Shown here in pieces: positions 9,910 through 18,705 of a stretch of DNA of 64,000 nt. Location: contig JAJFGG010000011.1 of the NCBI GenBank assembly GCA_021776235.1, positions 38,248 through 102,247 of the forward strand, written 5' to 3'. The position numbers and the translations under genes were made by a program. Position 1 is the stretch's first letter. Each line of letters begins with the position of its first letter. The notes below the pieces were generated by a model. That model was given only the letters and a program-made list of their open reading frames with translations. It searched no databases and was not told the origin of the DNA. The stretch comes from Alphaproteobacteria bacterium. Its GTDB lineage: Bacteria > Pseudomonadota > Alphaproteobacteria > GCA-2731375.

Positions 9910-11265
9910 CTACCCCTCCCGTTTGGCGGCCCGCTTGTAGATCCGCTTCATTTGCGTTTCCAACTTCTTGACCGCATCTTCAGCTGAGGCCTTGCCGACC
10001 GCCACGGACGCCGCCGCATCAGGCAGCAGATACTGATCGGTGACCGTCGCCATGGCCGCGGTTGGCACGCCAGGCCAGCCAATAGCATGGGTGTACCAGC
10101 CGATAAACGGCGCAAAATAGTACTTGGAATTGGATGCATAAAGCGGATGCAACGCGTTTCCGGCAAGCACCGGCTGGTTGTAGCCTTTACTGGCCGTTAA
10201 ATGCTTTTCAGCATTCTCTTTCGAGAAATGGAAGGCAAGAAACTCCTTGGCCAATTCCTTTTCCTTGGCAAATTTCCAGACCCCGGCGTTGTTGAAAGAC
10301 GCGGCCATGTGACGGCCCGCCGGTCCCTTGGGCGGCATGATGTGATTGATCGAGTGATGCACCAGCAGGTCCTTGTTATCCGGGTCCACCGTCTTAGCCT
10401 TGACCGCAGAACGGTAGGCAGAGATCGGATTGAGGATCATGCTGCATTTGCCGGAGTTCAGACACACATTGTTGTTGCGGTCGTCCCAGGCCAACACTTC
10501 ACTGGTCATAGCGTCTTTATAAAGCGCCGCGATGAACTTGAAGGCTTCCACCGTCTCTTTTGAGTTGACGGCGACGGTCTTGCTGTCTTCATCCACCAGC
10601 TTGGCGCCATAGGACCACAGGATACCACGCAGAATCATGTTCGAATCGACCGAGTGGGCAAGCTGGATGCCGACCGGATGGCCTTTTTTCTTCAGCTTGC
10701 TGCCGATCCGATGCACATCGTCCCAGGTATCGGGCAGGTTCTCGCCAATTCCGGCGATCAGATCCGTGCGCAACGCCAAAGGGAACGAAATAAAGTACCA
10801 TGGGATGGCTTTAACATGGCCATCAGGACCTACGCCTACACCCTTGGTGGTAAAGCCGCCGCCGGCCTTGCCGATTTTCTCATAAAGGCCGTCGAGGTTC
10901 TCCAGATGTTTGGCATAGAGATGCGGGTTGGAGTTGCCTACGGCAACCAGATCATGCCCCTTTTGCCCCTGCACCTCACCCGCTAGGACCGCCGGCAACT
11001 GCAAATGGGCGACACGGTCCAGACGCGTCTTGACACCAGCGGCCTTGCCGAATTCCGCCAGCTGCCGCTCCAATTCCACATCCGAAGCCGGCACGAAATG
11101 CGAGTTCGTGAGCATTTTCAGCTCGCGTGTCTGCGCCGTCGCCGGTGCGATGCCCGTCGCCAGTATGCCCGCCAGACCGCCGGTCACAAGGCCCGTGTCC
11201 TGAAGGAATTTTCGCCGGCTGGATGATTTCTTGGCTTTGTTTAGTTGATCATGTTGCTTAGACAT
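9910..11265 (-). CDS. ABC transporter substrate-binding protein, Tat-signal (family 1 extracellular solute-binding)
   Basis: Start reassigned from track 11373 to ATG 11265 (MSKQHDQLNKAKKSSSRRKFLQDTGLVTGGLAG, a twin-arginine motif), preceded by GAGGGAGG. Length about 450 aa. Confidence 0.85.
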   Translation of the reverse strand: MSKQHDQLNKAKKSSSRRKFLQDTGLVTGGLAGILATGIAPATAQTRELKMLTNSHFVPASDVELERQLAEFGKAAGVKTRLDRVAHLQLPAVLAGEVQGQKGHDLVAVGNSNPHLYAKHLENLDGLYEKIGKAGGGFTTKGVGVGPDGHVKAIPWYFISFPLALRTDLIAGIGENLPDTWDDVHRIGSKLKKKGHPVGIQLAHSVDSNMILRGILWSYGAKLVDEDSKTVAVNSKETVEAFKFIAALYKDAMTSEVLAWDDRNNNVCLNSGKCSMILNPISAYRSAVKAKTVDPDNKDLLVHHSINHIMPPKGPAGRHMAASFNNAGVWKFAKEKELAKEFLAFHFSKENAEKHLTASKGYNQPVLAGNALHPLYASNSKYYFAPFIGWYTHAIGWPGVPTAAMATVTDQYLLPDAAASVAVGKASAEDAVKKLETQMKRIYKRAAKREG

Positions 11266-11324
11266 ACTTGACCTCCCTCTTTGCTCTCTGTTTTTAAAGA
11301 CATTGGTGATTGTCGTCTTAGTCG

Positions 11325-12137
11325 TCAGCTCCCCGTATTTACTGCCTGCCAATAGTCGGCATTCAGGTTCCAAAGGTGCGCGTCATGCGCCGATTCTACA
11401 CAGCGGCGAAGACTCGGATAAATTTGCAATTTGAGATCCAGATTGCAGCCCGCCACGACACCGCGGGCGAGGCCCTGAGCCTCCTTGGACATGGCCGCCA
11501 TTGCTGGTCCGGCGATAGCGTCTTGCACCACCTGTTCGCGCACCAGGGTCTCTTCGCCAAGATCCACCGGCAGTGAGTTTCCCAAAGCGGCTAACCAACG
11601 CACCGTCGCGCCACGGCCCGCGGCCTCATCGATAATGCTGCGGCCGGCCTGGCGCAGAGGTCCCGTGGCGAGGGCAATTTCGGCCTCGCTCAGGGGATTT
11701 TCGTCGCCTGCCTCGGGCACCGGCAAAAGTGTGACCTGTTCACCCACGACGACGCTGACCTGGCTCAGACCCAGTTCTGCAAGATGGCTTTTAGCAATGG
11801 AAATACGCACCGCGACCTGCATGCGAAGCGTCGTCATTTCAAGTACCCGCGCCGGATCCAGATTTACCTCCACGCCCCGCCGGTCCCTGCCCGTAACACG
11901 AATGCCATCGGCGCTGGCAAGTCGGTACGCCGTCCCGGCAGCCGGTGTAGGGCGTTCGTTCAACAGACAATAACTGCTGAAAGTCGCAGCGCATTGCTCG
12001 CCGCGGCAGGCTAGTTGGACCTCGCCCTGGGTTGACATCAACGCCAGGGGTTGAGTCGCGGCACCTGCTCCCGAAACGATGGAAAAAGCCCCCACGATAC
12101 TAACGACAACACTCACTAAGACGAACTTCATAGGCAT
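11325..12137 (-). CDS. Hypothetical periplasmic protein (signal peptide), located between the two paralogous binding proteins
   Basis: N-terminal MPMKFVLVSVVVSIVGAFSIVSGAGAA signal. No recognised domain. Does not overlap the binding-protein gene once that gene's start is corrected. Confidence 0.5.
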   Translation of the reverse strand: MPMKFVLVSVVVSIVGAFSIVSGAGAATQPLALMSTQGEVQLACRGEQCAATFSSYCLLNERPTPAAGTAYRLASADGIRVTGRDRRGVEVNLDPARVLEMTTLRMQVAVRISIAKSHLAELGLSQVSVVVGEQVTLLPVPEAGDENPLSEAEIALATGPLRQAGRSIIDEAAGRGATVRWLAALGNSLPVDLGEETLVREQVVQDAIAGPAMAAMSKEAQGLARGVVAGCNLDLKLQIYPSLRRCVESAHDAHLWNLNADYWQAVNTGS

Positions 12138-12407
12138 GGCCTTGCTCCCGTCTGTATGAGAGACCGGCTCCCCATCACCCGAGCCAAATTAGCCGATCTA
12201 TCTTTGTCATCACAAAGTTGACAGAAAAATGGTTGCATGAATTCGGGGCAACGGTCAATCGTCAGATTAACCTTTTTGCCCCGAACAGAACGCCCATGGC
12301 CCTGTGGTGGAGCCGCGACCCGGAAAAATACCGGCGATTATGGGGCAGGAAGCACCAGATGAACTCAACTCACGTTCAAGAACATAGCCTTGTAACGTTC
12401 GCGCCGG

Positions 12408-13766
12408 CTACGCCTTTTTGTTGAACCGGCGATAAATGCGCTTCACTTGTTTTTCCAGCTTGGCCGCCGCTTCCTCGGGCGAGTGTTTGCCGGTGGCGCA
12501 GGCCGCCATGGCGTCGGGCAGCAGGAACTGATCCGAGACCATCTGTGCCGCTGCGGTCGGAATGCCGGGATAGCCAATGGCATGGGTGTACCAGCCAATA
12601 TACTGCGCGAAGTAGTATTTTGAATTAGACGCATAGAGCGGATTCATCGCGAAGTTTTTCAACACCGGCTGGTTGAAGCCACCGCTCGACCGCAAATGCT
12701 TGTCCACGCTGTCCCGGGTAAAGTGGAAGTCCAGGAATTCCTTGGCCAGTTCCTTTTGCTTTGCGAACTTCCAAACGCCGATGCCGGCGAAGGAAGCGGA
12801 CATGTGGCGTCCTGCGGGCCCCTCCGGCGGCAGGATGTGGGTGATCGTCTGATGGATCTGCCTGTCGGAGCCCGGTATCAGGGCCTTGCTTCTTACGGCG
12901 GCGCGATAGGCGCTGATCGGGTTCAGGATCATGCTGCATTTGCCCGAGACCAGGCAAACGTTGTTGCTACGATCATCCCAGGCCAGAACCTCTTCGTCCA
13001 TGGCGTCGTTGTAAAGCGTTTTGGCGAACTTGAAGGCCGCAACCGTTGCCTTGGAATTGATGGCAACCGTCTTGCCATCGGCTTCCACCATCTTGCCGCC
13101 AAAGGACCACAACAGACCACTGAGAATGTTGCTGCTGTCGCTGGCGTGGGAAAGCTGGATACCGAGCGGATAGCCTCGCTTTTTCAATTTACTGCCAATG
13201 CGATACACATCGTCCCAGGTATCGGGCAGGTTTTCGCCAATGCCCGAGATCAGGTCGGTCCGCACCGCAAGGGGGAATGATATGAAATACCAGGGTAGAG
13301 ACTTCTGCGCTTTGCCGTCACGGCCTTTGCCAAACAGGGGCGAGGTCCAGCCGCCGGCGCGCGCGCCGATCTTGTCGTAGAGATCGTTCAAATTCTCCAG
13401 ATGCCTGGAATAAAGATGCGGCATTGAATTGGAGGCAACGACCAGATCGTGGCCCTTTTGGCCCCGCACTTCGCCCGCCAACAACGCCGGCAACTGCAGG
13501 TGCGCCACCCGGTCCATACGGACCTTGACGCCCGCCGCCTTGCCGAACTCTTCGAACTGGACCTTCAACTCCTCGTCCGAGGAGGGCACGAAATGGGCCC
13601 AGGTGAGCATCTTGAGCTCACGCGGCTGGGCAACCGCCGGGGCGACGCCAGACGCCATGATACCCGCCAGGCCGCCAGTGGCGCGGGCACTATTGCGCAG
13701 AAACTTGCGCCGGCTCGATTTAGCATTGGTTTTGGAACCCTCAATCAGGTCGAATTCCTTGTACAT
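12408..13766 (-). CDS. ABC transporter substrate-binding protein, Tat-signal; paralogue of 9910..11265
   Basis: SSRRKFLRNSARATGGLAG Tat motif. Long collinear similarity to the downstream binding protein (…RELKMLT…HFVP…VAHLQLPA…GEVRGQKGHDLV…PWYFISFPLA.RTDLI.GIGENLPDTWDDV.RIGSKLKK.G.P.GIQL.H…). Confidence 0.85.
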   Translation of the reverse strand: MYKEFDLIEGSKTNAKSSRRKFLRNSARATGGLAGIMASGVAPAVAQPRELKMLTWAHFVPSSDEELKVQFEEFGKAAGVKVRMDRVAHLQLPALLAGEVRGQKGHDLVVASNSMPHLYSRHLENLNDLYDKIGARAGGWTSPLFGKGRDGKAQKSLPWYFISFPLAVRTDLISGIGENLPDTWDDVYRIGSKLKKRGYPLGIQLSHASDSSNILSGLLWSFGGKMVEADGKTVAINSKATVAAFKFAKTLYNDAMDEEVLAWDDRSNNVCLVSGKCSMILNPISAYRAAVRSKALIPGSDRQIHQTITHILPPEGPAGRHMSASFAGIGVWKFAKQKELAKEFLDFHFTRDSVDKHLRSSGGFNQPVLKNFAMNPLYASNSKYYFAQYIGWYTHAIGYPGIPTAAAQMVSDQFLLPDAMAACATGKHSPEEAAAKLEKQVKRIYRRFNKKA

Positions 13767-13940
13767 TCACTTTTGCCCACTCTATCTCATGCTATTGCAA
13801 AAAGCAGTCCCCAGTTGGCATGATCAAGCAAAGCCGCATGCTTCCAAACCTGATGGGCAGGCCTTCCCAGCGGACTTCGCCACCGGTCCGGCCCGCATTC
13901 AGTTCCCCGTCCGTGTGAGAGACAAGAGGCCGAGACAGGT

Positions 13941-13966
13941 CTTATACCGACGACCATCGGTATAAG
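13941..13966. promoter_or_regulatory. Perfect 10-bp inverted repeat CTTATACCGA-N6-TCGGTATAAG about 175 bp upstream of the second binding-protein gene (candidate operator)
   Basis: Seen directly in sequence. Lies in a roughly 940-bp intergenic region between divergent genes. Confidence 0.35.
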
Positions 13967-14730
13967 GCATCCACCCGGACGAGCGCCCCGACCACGCCAT
14001 GGCCGATGTCCTGCGTGCGCCTCTCATTGGGCTGGATCATACCCAGCGCATCAAATTGGCGCTTGCGATCCGCTTTCGTTATACCCGCCACCGCGATAGC
14101 CGCTGGATAGACCGGCATAGCCACCTGATAGAAGAAGAAGACCGGATCTGGTCACGCCGGATTGGTCAGGCCCTGCGTCTTGCCCATACCCTTTCGGGTG
14201 GTGTTACAGGGTTATTGGCGCAATATTGATTGCAGCTGAATGGGCCCGGCATCACTCTGTACTGTAAACCGGGAACCAGACATCTGATTTGTGAAGCGGC
14301 CGGCAAACGCCTTACCGCCATGGCGCGAAGCTTTGAGCAGCAGGCCCGCATCGTCTCTGAATGATCTACATACTCTAATGCTTGGGTGAAAGAGTCGGCT
14401 TATGTAGAGCCAAGCAACACCCGCACAGCCGTATCCCAGGAGGCCGCGACATTTTCCTGCCCGACATGACGGCAGATTGGAAGATTATGGAAATATTTTT
14501 TACTGAATAGAGTGGTTAATGTGACATAAGTGATTGGTTCAATTGCTCTGTTTATCGAGGCCCTAGGCGCATTTAGACTAAACACTCGATAGGGCGACAG
14601 ATGCATACAACAAGAAATTCACAAAAAATTAAATGAATACCAGTAAAAATGCGGTGAGCAAAAATATCAATGTTCCAAGTATAGCTGTATCTCTTTTCTG
14701 CTATTGCCGTTGCTCCACCGGAGATCGAAC

Positions 14731-16392
14731 ATGAACTTGCGTGCGAAACTGATTGCCGGTAGTGCGGCTGTCATTCTGTTCACGGCTTTTCAGGGCATGA
14801 TTGCCATCAACCGTATCGACCAGACGGGGCGGCTGGTTAGTGAGTTATATAATGGTCCGTTAATGGCGATCAATTTCGCCCGCTCCGCCAAGGCCAGCTT
14901 TCTGCTGCTCGACCGTGAGATGACGGTGGCCGCCGGCAAACCGGCCCTGTTGGCCTCGGAAGACTTTGTCGAGGCATTGACCGATCTGTATGAAAGTTTT
15001 CGCGGGGACCTCGAGGTGGTGCTGGAGCGGAGCGAGGATGACCGCCTCGTCAACGACCTGAACGCTGCTGGTGCCATGGCCGACCGATGGTGGAGTCTGA
15101 GCGAACAGGCGATTGCCTCGTCCGAGGGGGGTGAGGCCATGATCCCAATCGACGAATTGCGCGAAGTGGCGGTATCAACGGACGGCCAATTGGACCTGAT
15201 TATCGAATTTGCCATCGAAAACGGTTTCGATTTCGACCTCTCCGCCGAGCAGGCGGTCGCCGAAACGCGGCGTTTTACCATTTTGGTCATAATGGGCACG
15301 GTGGTTATCGGTTTTCTCATCGCTATGGTTCAGGGCCGGATGATCAGCCAGCCCGTAACCCGGATGACCCGCCGCATGGTGGCAATGGCCGCCGGCGACT
15401 ACGCTGTCGAGATTGAAGATCTCACCCGGCGCGACGAGATTGGCGAAATGGCCCGGGCGCTGGCGGTGTTCAAGGAAAATGCCCTGGATAAGGAACGCCT
15501 GGAGGCCGAGCAGGCCGAAGGTGAGCGTCGGGCCGAAGAGCAGAAGAAGACCATGATGGCTAAACTAGCGGACACGTTCGGGGCGACCATCGGCGGGGTC
15601 GTCAATACGGTCTCGGCCTCTGCAGTCGAGATGGGCGACACCGCCGTCAGCATGGCCGGCAACATGGACAAAAGCGGCAGCCGCTCTTTGGAGGTGGCCG
15701 AGGCCGCCAATCGTTCCCAAGGCAATGTCGCGACCGTTGCTTCCGCGACGGAAGAGCTGGCGAATTCGATCGATGAAATCGGCAGCCAGGTCGAGCGCTC
15801 GGCGACAAGAGCCGGCGCCGCAGTCGAGGAAGCCGACCGCTCGAACGAAACGATCAATGGTCTGGCCGGGGCGGTCGACAAGATCGGCGACGTTGTCGCG
15901 CTGATCAACGGCATCGCTGGCCAGACCAACCTGCTGGCGCTCAATGCAACCATCGAAGCGGCCCGCGCCGGCGAGGCCGGCAAGGGCTTTGCCGTGGTTG
16001 CATCCGAGGTTAAGAACCTGGCCAATCAGACCGCGACGGCGACGGAAGAGATCGCGCATCAGATCGACGCGGTACAGGGGGCGACGGGCGACGCGGTGGC
16101 GGGCATTGAAGGGATCGGCAGGACGATCCGTCAGATGAGCGAGATTTCCGCCGAGATCTCCGCTAGAGTGGAGCAGCAGCGTGCCGCGATTGGTGAAATC
16201 GCCCGCAATGCAAGCGCCGTCAGCGACGATGCCACATCGGTCTTGCACAGCGTTACCGAACTGTCGCAATCCTCGGCCATGTCCTACGGCGCCGCCATCA
16301 ACGTGCTTTGGGCCTCGCAGGATATACAAAAACCCATGGCCGAACTGCGCGGCAGCGTGGAAACCTTCCTGCAGGACGTTCGCACTGCCTGA
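14731..16392 (+). CDS. Methyl-accepting chemotaxis protein (chemoreceptor) with periplasmic helical sensor, HAMP and signalling domains
   Basis: Start at ATG 14731 (GGAG 7 nt upstream; the track uses TTG 14704). Signalling domain [44 protein letters not shown]. Two TM segments. Confidence 0.9.
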   Translation: MNLRAKLIAGSAAVILFTAFQGMIAINRIDQTGRLVSELYNGPLMAINFARSAKASFLLLDREMTVAAGKPALLASEDFVEALTDLYESFRGDLEVVLERSEDDRLVNDLNAAGAMADRWWSLSEQAIASSEGGEAMIPIDELREVAVSTDGQLDLIIEFAIENGFDFDLSAEQAVAETRRFTILVIMGTVVIGFLIAMVQGRMISQPVTRMTRRMVAMAAGDYAVEIEDLTRRDEIGEMARALAVFKENALDKERLEAEQAEGERRAEEQKKTMMAKLADTFGATIGGVVNTVSASAVEMGDTAVSMAGNMDKSGSRSLEVAEAANRSQGNVATVASATEELANSIDEIGSQVERSATRAGAAVEEADRSNETINGLAGAVDKIGDVVALINGIAGQTNLLALNATIEAARAGEAGKGFAVVASEVKNLANQTATATEEIAHQIDAVQGATGDAVAGIEGIGRTIRQMSEISAEISARVEQQRAAIGEIARNASAVSDDATSVLHSVTELSQSSAMSYGAAINVLWASQDIQKPMAELRGSVETFLQDVRTA

Positions 16393-16655
16393 TTGCGGTC
16401 AGCACAAACAAGACCCGATCCGCCAGGGCATATTGACAACGCTGGACATTATGGGCGCGCTGTCGCCCCTATCCGGAAAGGTCACTCTGTAAAGAGTATG
16501 GTAGCCAATATCGCCACCGGATCGAAGAGGATACCTGGAGCGGGCGCTCCTTTGGCGAGCGGATTGTTGGCGTTCGAGATCGGCATCTCCTGCAACATGT
16601 TCAATAGCAAATCGGCCTTTGGGCGCCGCCAAGACCAACCTGCGCCGGAATGCCT

Positions 16656-18323
16656 TCAGACAGCGCGGATCTTCTGCAGGAACTGGTTGATCTGGCTGTC
16701 CAGATCCGCCGAATGCTGAAGCAGGCCGTCAGCTGCGCCCAGGACTTCGTGTGTCATCTCGTTGGTCCGGCTAACCGCCTCGGCGACCTGACCCATGCCG
16801 GCACCGACTTCGCGCGTGCTATCCGCCGCGCGCCGGACGTGACGGCTGATCACATCCGTGGCCTCCGCCTGCTGTTCACCAGACTGGGCAATGGCGGAGG
16901 CGTTCTCGTCCAAAGTCTCAATGGTACCGTTGATGCCGCGAATGGCCGCGACGGTTTCTTCGGTCTGGCTTTTTATGACAGCGATCAGGGCATCAATCTC
17001 GTGCGTGGAACCGGCGGTTTGATTGGCCAGGTTTTTCACTTCCCCCGCGACCACGGCAAAGCCTTTGCCTGCCTCGCCCGCCCTGGCCGCCTCGATTGTC
17101 GCGTTCAAGGCCAGCAGATTGGTTTGACGGGCAATGTCGTCGATAAGGCTCACCACCTGACCGATTTTTCCCACTGCTTCGTCCAAACCGCCCACTTTCG
17201 CGCTGATTTCCCGCGCTGCCGCGACCGCGCCACCGGTGACGTTGGCTGAATTCGATGCCCGGTCTCCGACTTCACGGATGGAGGTGGTTAAGCCTTCGGC
17301 TTCGCTGGCAGCCGATTGCACATTCTCGGTCGCCTGCTCGGCCGCCGTCGCCACGGAGTCTGATTGCTGAGAGGTCTTTCGCGCGGTGTCGTCCAGGCCG
17401 GCAGCTATCTCGCGCATGTGACCTGACGCTTGGGAAATTGCCGCCGCGACCTGACGGATCGTAGCCTCGAATTCGGCAGCTATTCGCTCTCTGGCTTCAC
17501 GACGTTGTTCGATGGCCAGTGTCTCAGCCCTAACCTGTTCGCCCTGCAGGCGTTCGACTTTCAAGGCATTTTCCCGGAACACGTCAATGGCACGGGCCAT
17601 ATCCCCCAATTCATCACTCTTCTCGCGGTAGGGAATCTCGCCATCGAAGTCACCCTCCGAAAGCTGTGTCATGCGGCTGGATATGGCATTCATGGGGCGC
17701 CCAAGATAACGACTGATCATGAATACGATGACCATCCCAAGAGACAAGACAAGCACGGCACCGATGATCTGTATGTTCAGGGTTTGCTTGGCGGCGGCGT
17801 CGGCATCTTCGCGGAAGTTAAAACCCTGTTCAGTGGTAAATTCGACCAGCAAGGAAAGGCTTTCCTCGGCCTCGGATAACAACGCTTGTTTCTCGGCCTT
17901 CAATATATCCGCGGCAGCGGCATCGGAAATGTCCGCCGCGATAATCCGCTCGGCCAATACATGCCATTGTTCTAGCAACGCCAGGGTTTCGTCAATTACC
18001 TCCCAAATCTCCTGGTCCGCGACCCGCTCTCGGACGACCGCAAGATCGTCGCGGATCTCACTTTCCAATTCGGCGGCAGCCTCCTGGCGTTCCGCCCGCA
18101 AATCGGTGTTGGCGGTGAAAAGGATCTGGGTTATCTCGCGATCGCTGCGGACAAAATTGGTCAGGGCGTTGCGCGCGAAACTGATCGATAACAATGGCTT
18201 ATCATACATTTCAGCGGTCAGCAGGCTGACCCGCAACAGGCCATCCATGGCAAATCCGCTTGCAACCGCAGTCATCACAACCACACTCGCCACACCGATA
18301 ACAAGTTTGTTTCCAATACGCAT
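16656..18323 (-). CDS. Methyl-accepting chemotaxis protein; paralogue of 14731..16392; last gene of the P460/cupredoxin cassette
   Basis: [47 protein letters not shown]-terminal sensor domain similar to that of the convergent chemoreceptor ([20 protein letters not shown] versus [20 protein letters not shown]). Confidence 0.9.
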   Translation of the reverse strand: MRIGNKLVIGVASVVVMTAVASGFAMDGLLRVSLLTAEMYDKPLLSISFARNALTNFVRSDREITQILFTANTDLRAERQEAAAELESEIRDDLAVVRERVADQEIWEVIDETLALLEQWHVLAERIIAADISDAAAADILKAEKQALLSEAEESLSLLVEFTTEQGFNFREDADAAAKQTLNIQIIGAVLVLSLGMVIVFMISRYLGRPMNAISSRMTQLSEGDFDGEIPYREKSDELGDMARAIDVFRENALKVERLQGEQVRAETLAIEQRREARERIAAEFEATIRQVAAAISQASGHMREIAAGLDDTARKTSQQSDSVATAAEQATENVQSAASEAEGLTTSIREVGDRASNSANVTGGAVAAAREISAKVGGLDEAVGKIGQVVSLIDDIARQTNLLALNATIEAARAGEAGKGFAVVAGEVKNLANQTAGSTHEIDALIAVIKSQTEETVAAIRGINGTIETLDENASAIAQSGEQQAEATDVISRHVRRAADSTREVGAGMGQVAEAVSRTNEMTHEVLGAADGLLQHSADLDSQINQFLQKIRAV

Positions 18324-18348
18324 ACAGTACTAATCCGAGAATCAACCG

Positions 18349-18705
18349 CTACTTGGTTATCACAACGGTTAATTTCATCTTCGGATGCAAAGCGCACAGA
18401 ATAACGGCGGTGCCTGCGTTTTTGATCGTCACCGAGTCCCGATCTCCGGGCTTTTGCTTCTTGATCTTCAGGTATTTGAACCCGGCGGACTTGCTGTAAA
18501 CATTGTGGCGCTTGCGCTTTTCCTCGTTGACGAAAGTCAGGGTATCGCCAACCTTGGCGTTGACTTTTTTTGGCACAAACTTTTTACCCTTTTGGGAAAT
18601 GACAATGTCCGCGGCCACGGCTTCGGTTGTGAACAATGTTCCGGTCATGCATAGGGCAACCAGGGTGATGGCTGGAACCAAAGTTTTGATATCAAACTGT
18701 CTCAT
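18349..18705 (-). CDS. Amicyanin/pseudoazurin-like blue copper protein (cupredoxin), periplasmic
   Basis: Signal peptide. Type-1 copper ligand set: His in RHNVYS, and Cys-x2-His-x2-Met in CALHPKM (compare the amicyanin CTPHPFM motif). Start ATG overlaps the upstream gene's stop (ATGA), suggesting translational coupling. Confidence 0.75.
   Translation of the reverse strand: MRQFDIKTLVPAITLVALCMTGTLFTTEAVAADIVISQKGKKFVPKKVNAKVGDTLTFVNEEKRKRHNVYSKSAGFKYLKIKKQKPGDRDSVTIKNAGTAVILCALHPKMKLTVVITK

Noticed and set aside
13942-14351. Short ORFs 13942..14124 (-), 13999..14229 (+) and 14166..14351 (-) as genes
   Set aside because: No RBS or compositional support. Possibly remnants. Kept only as a note within the long intergenic finding.
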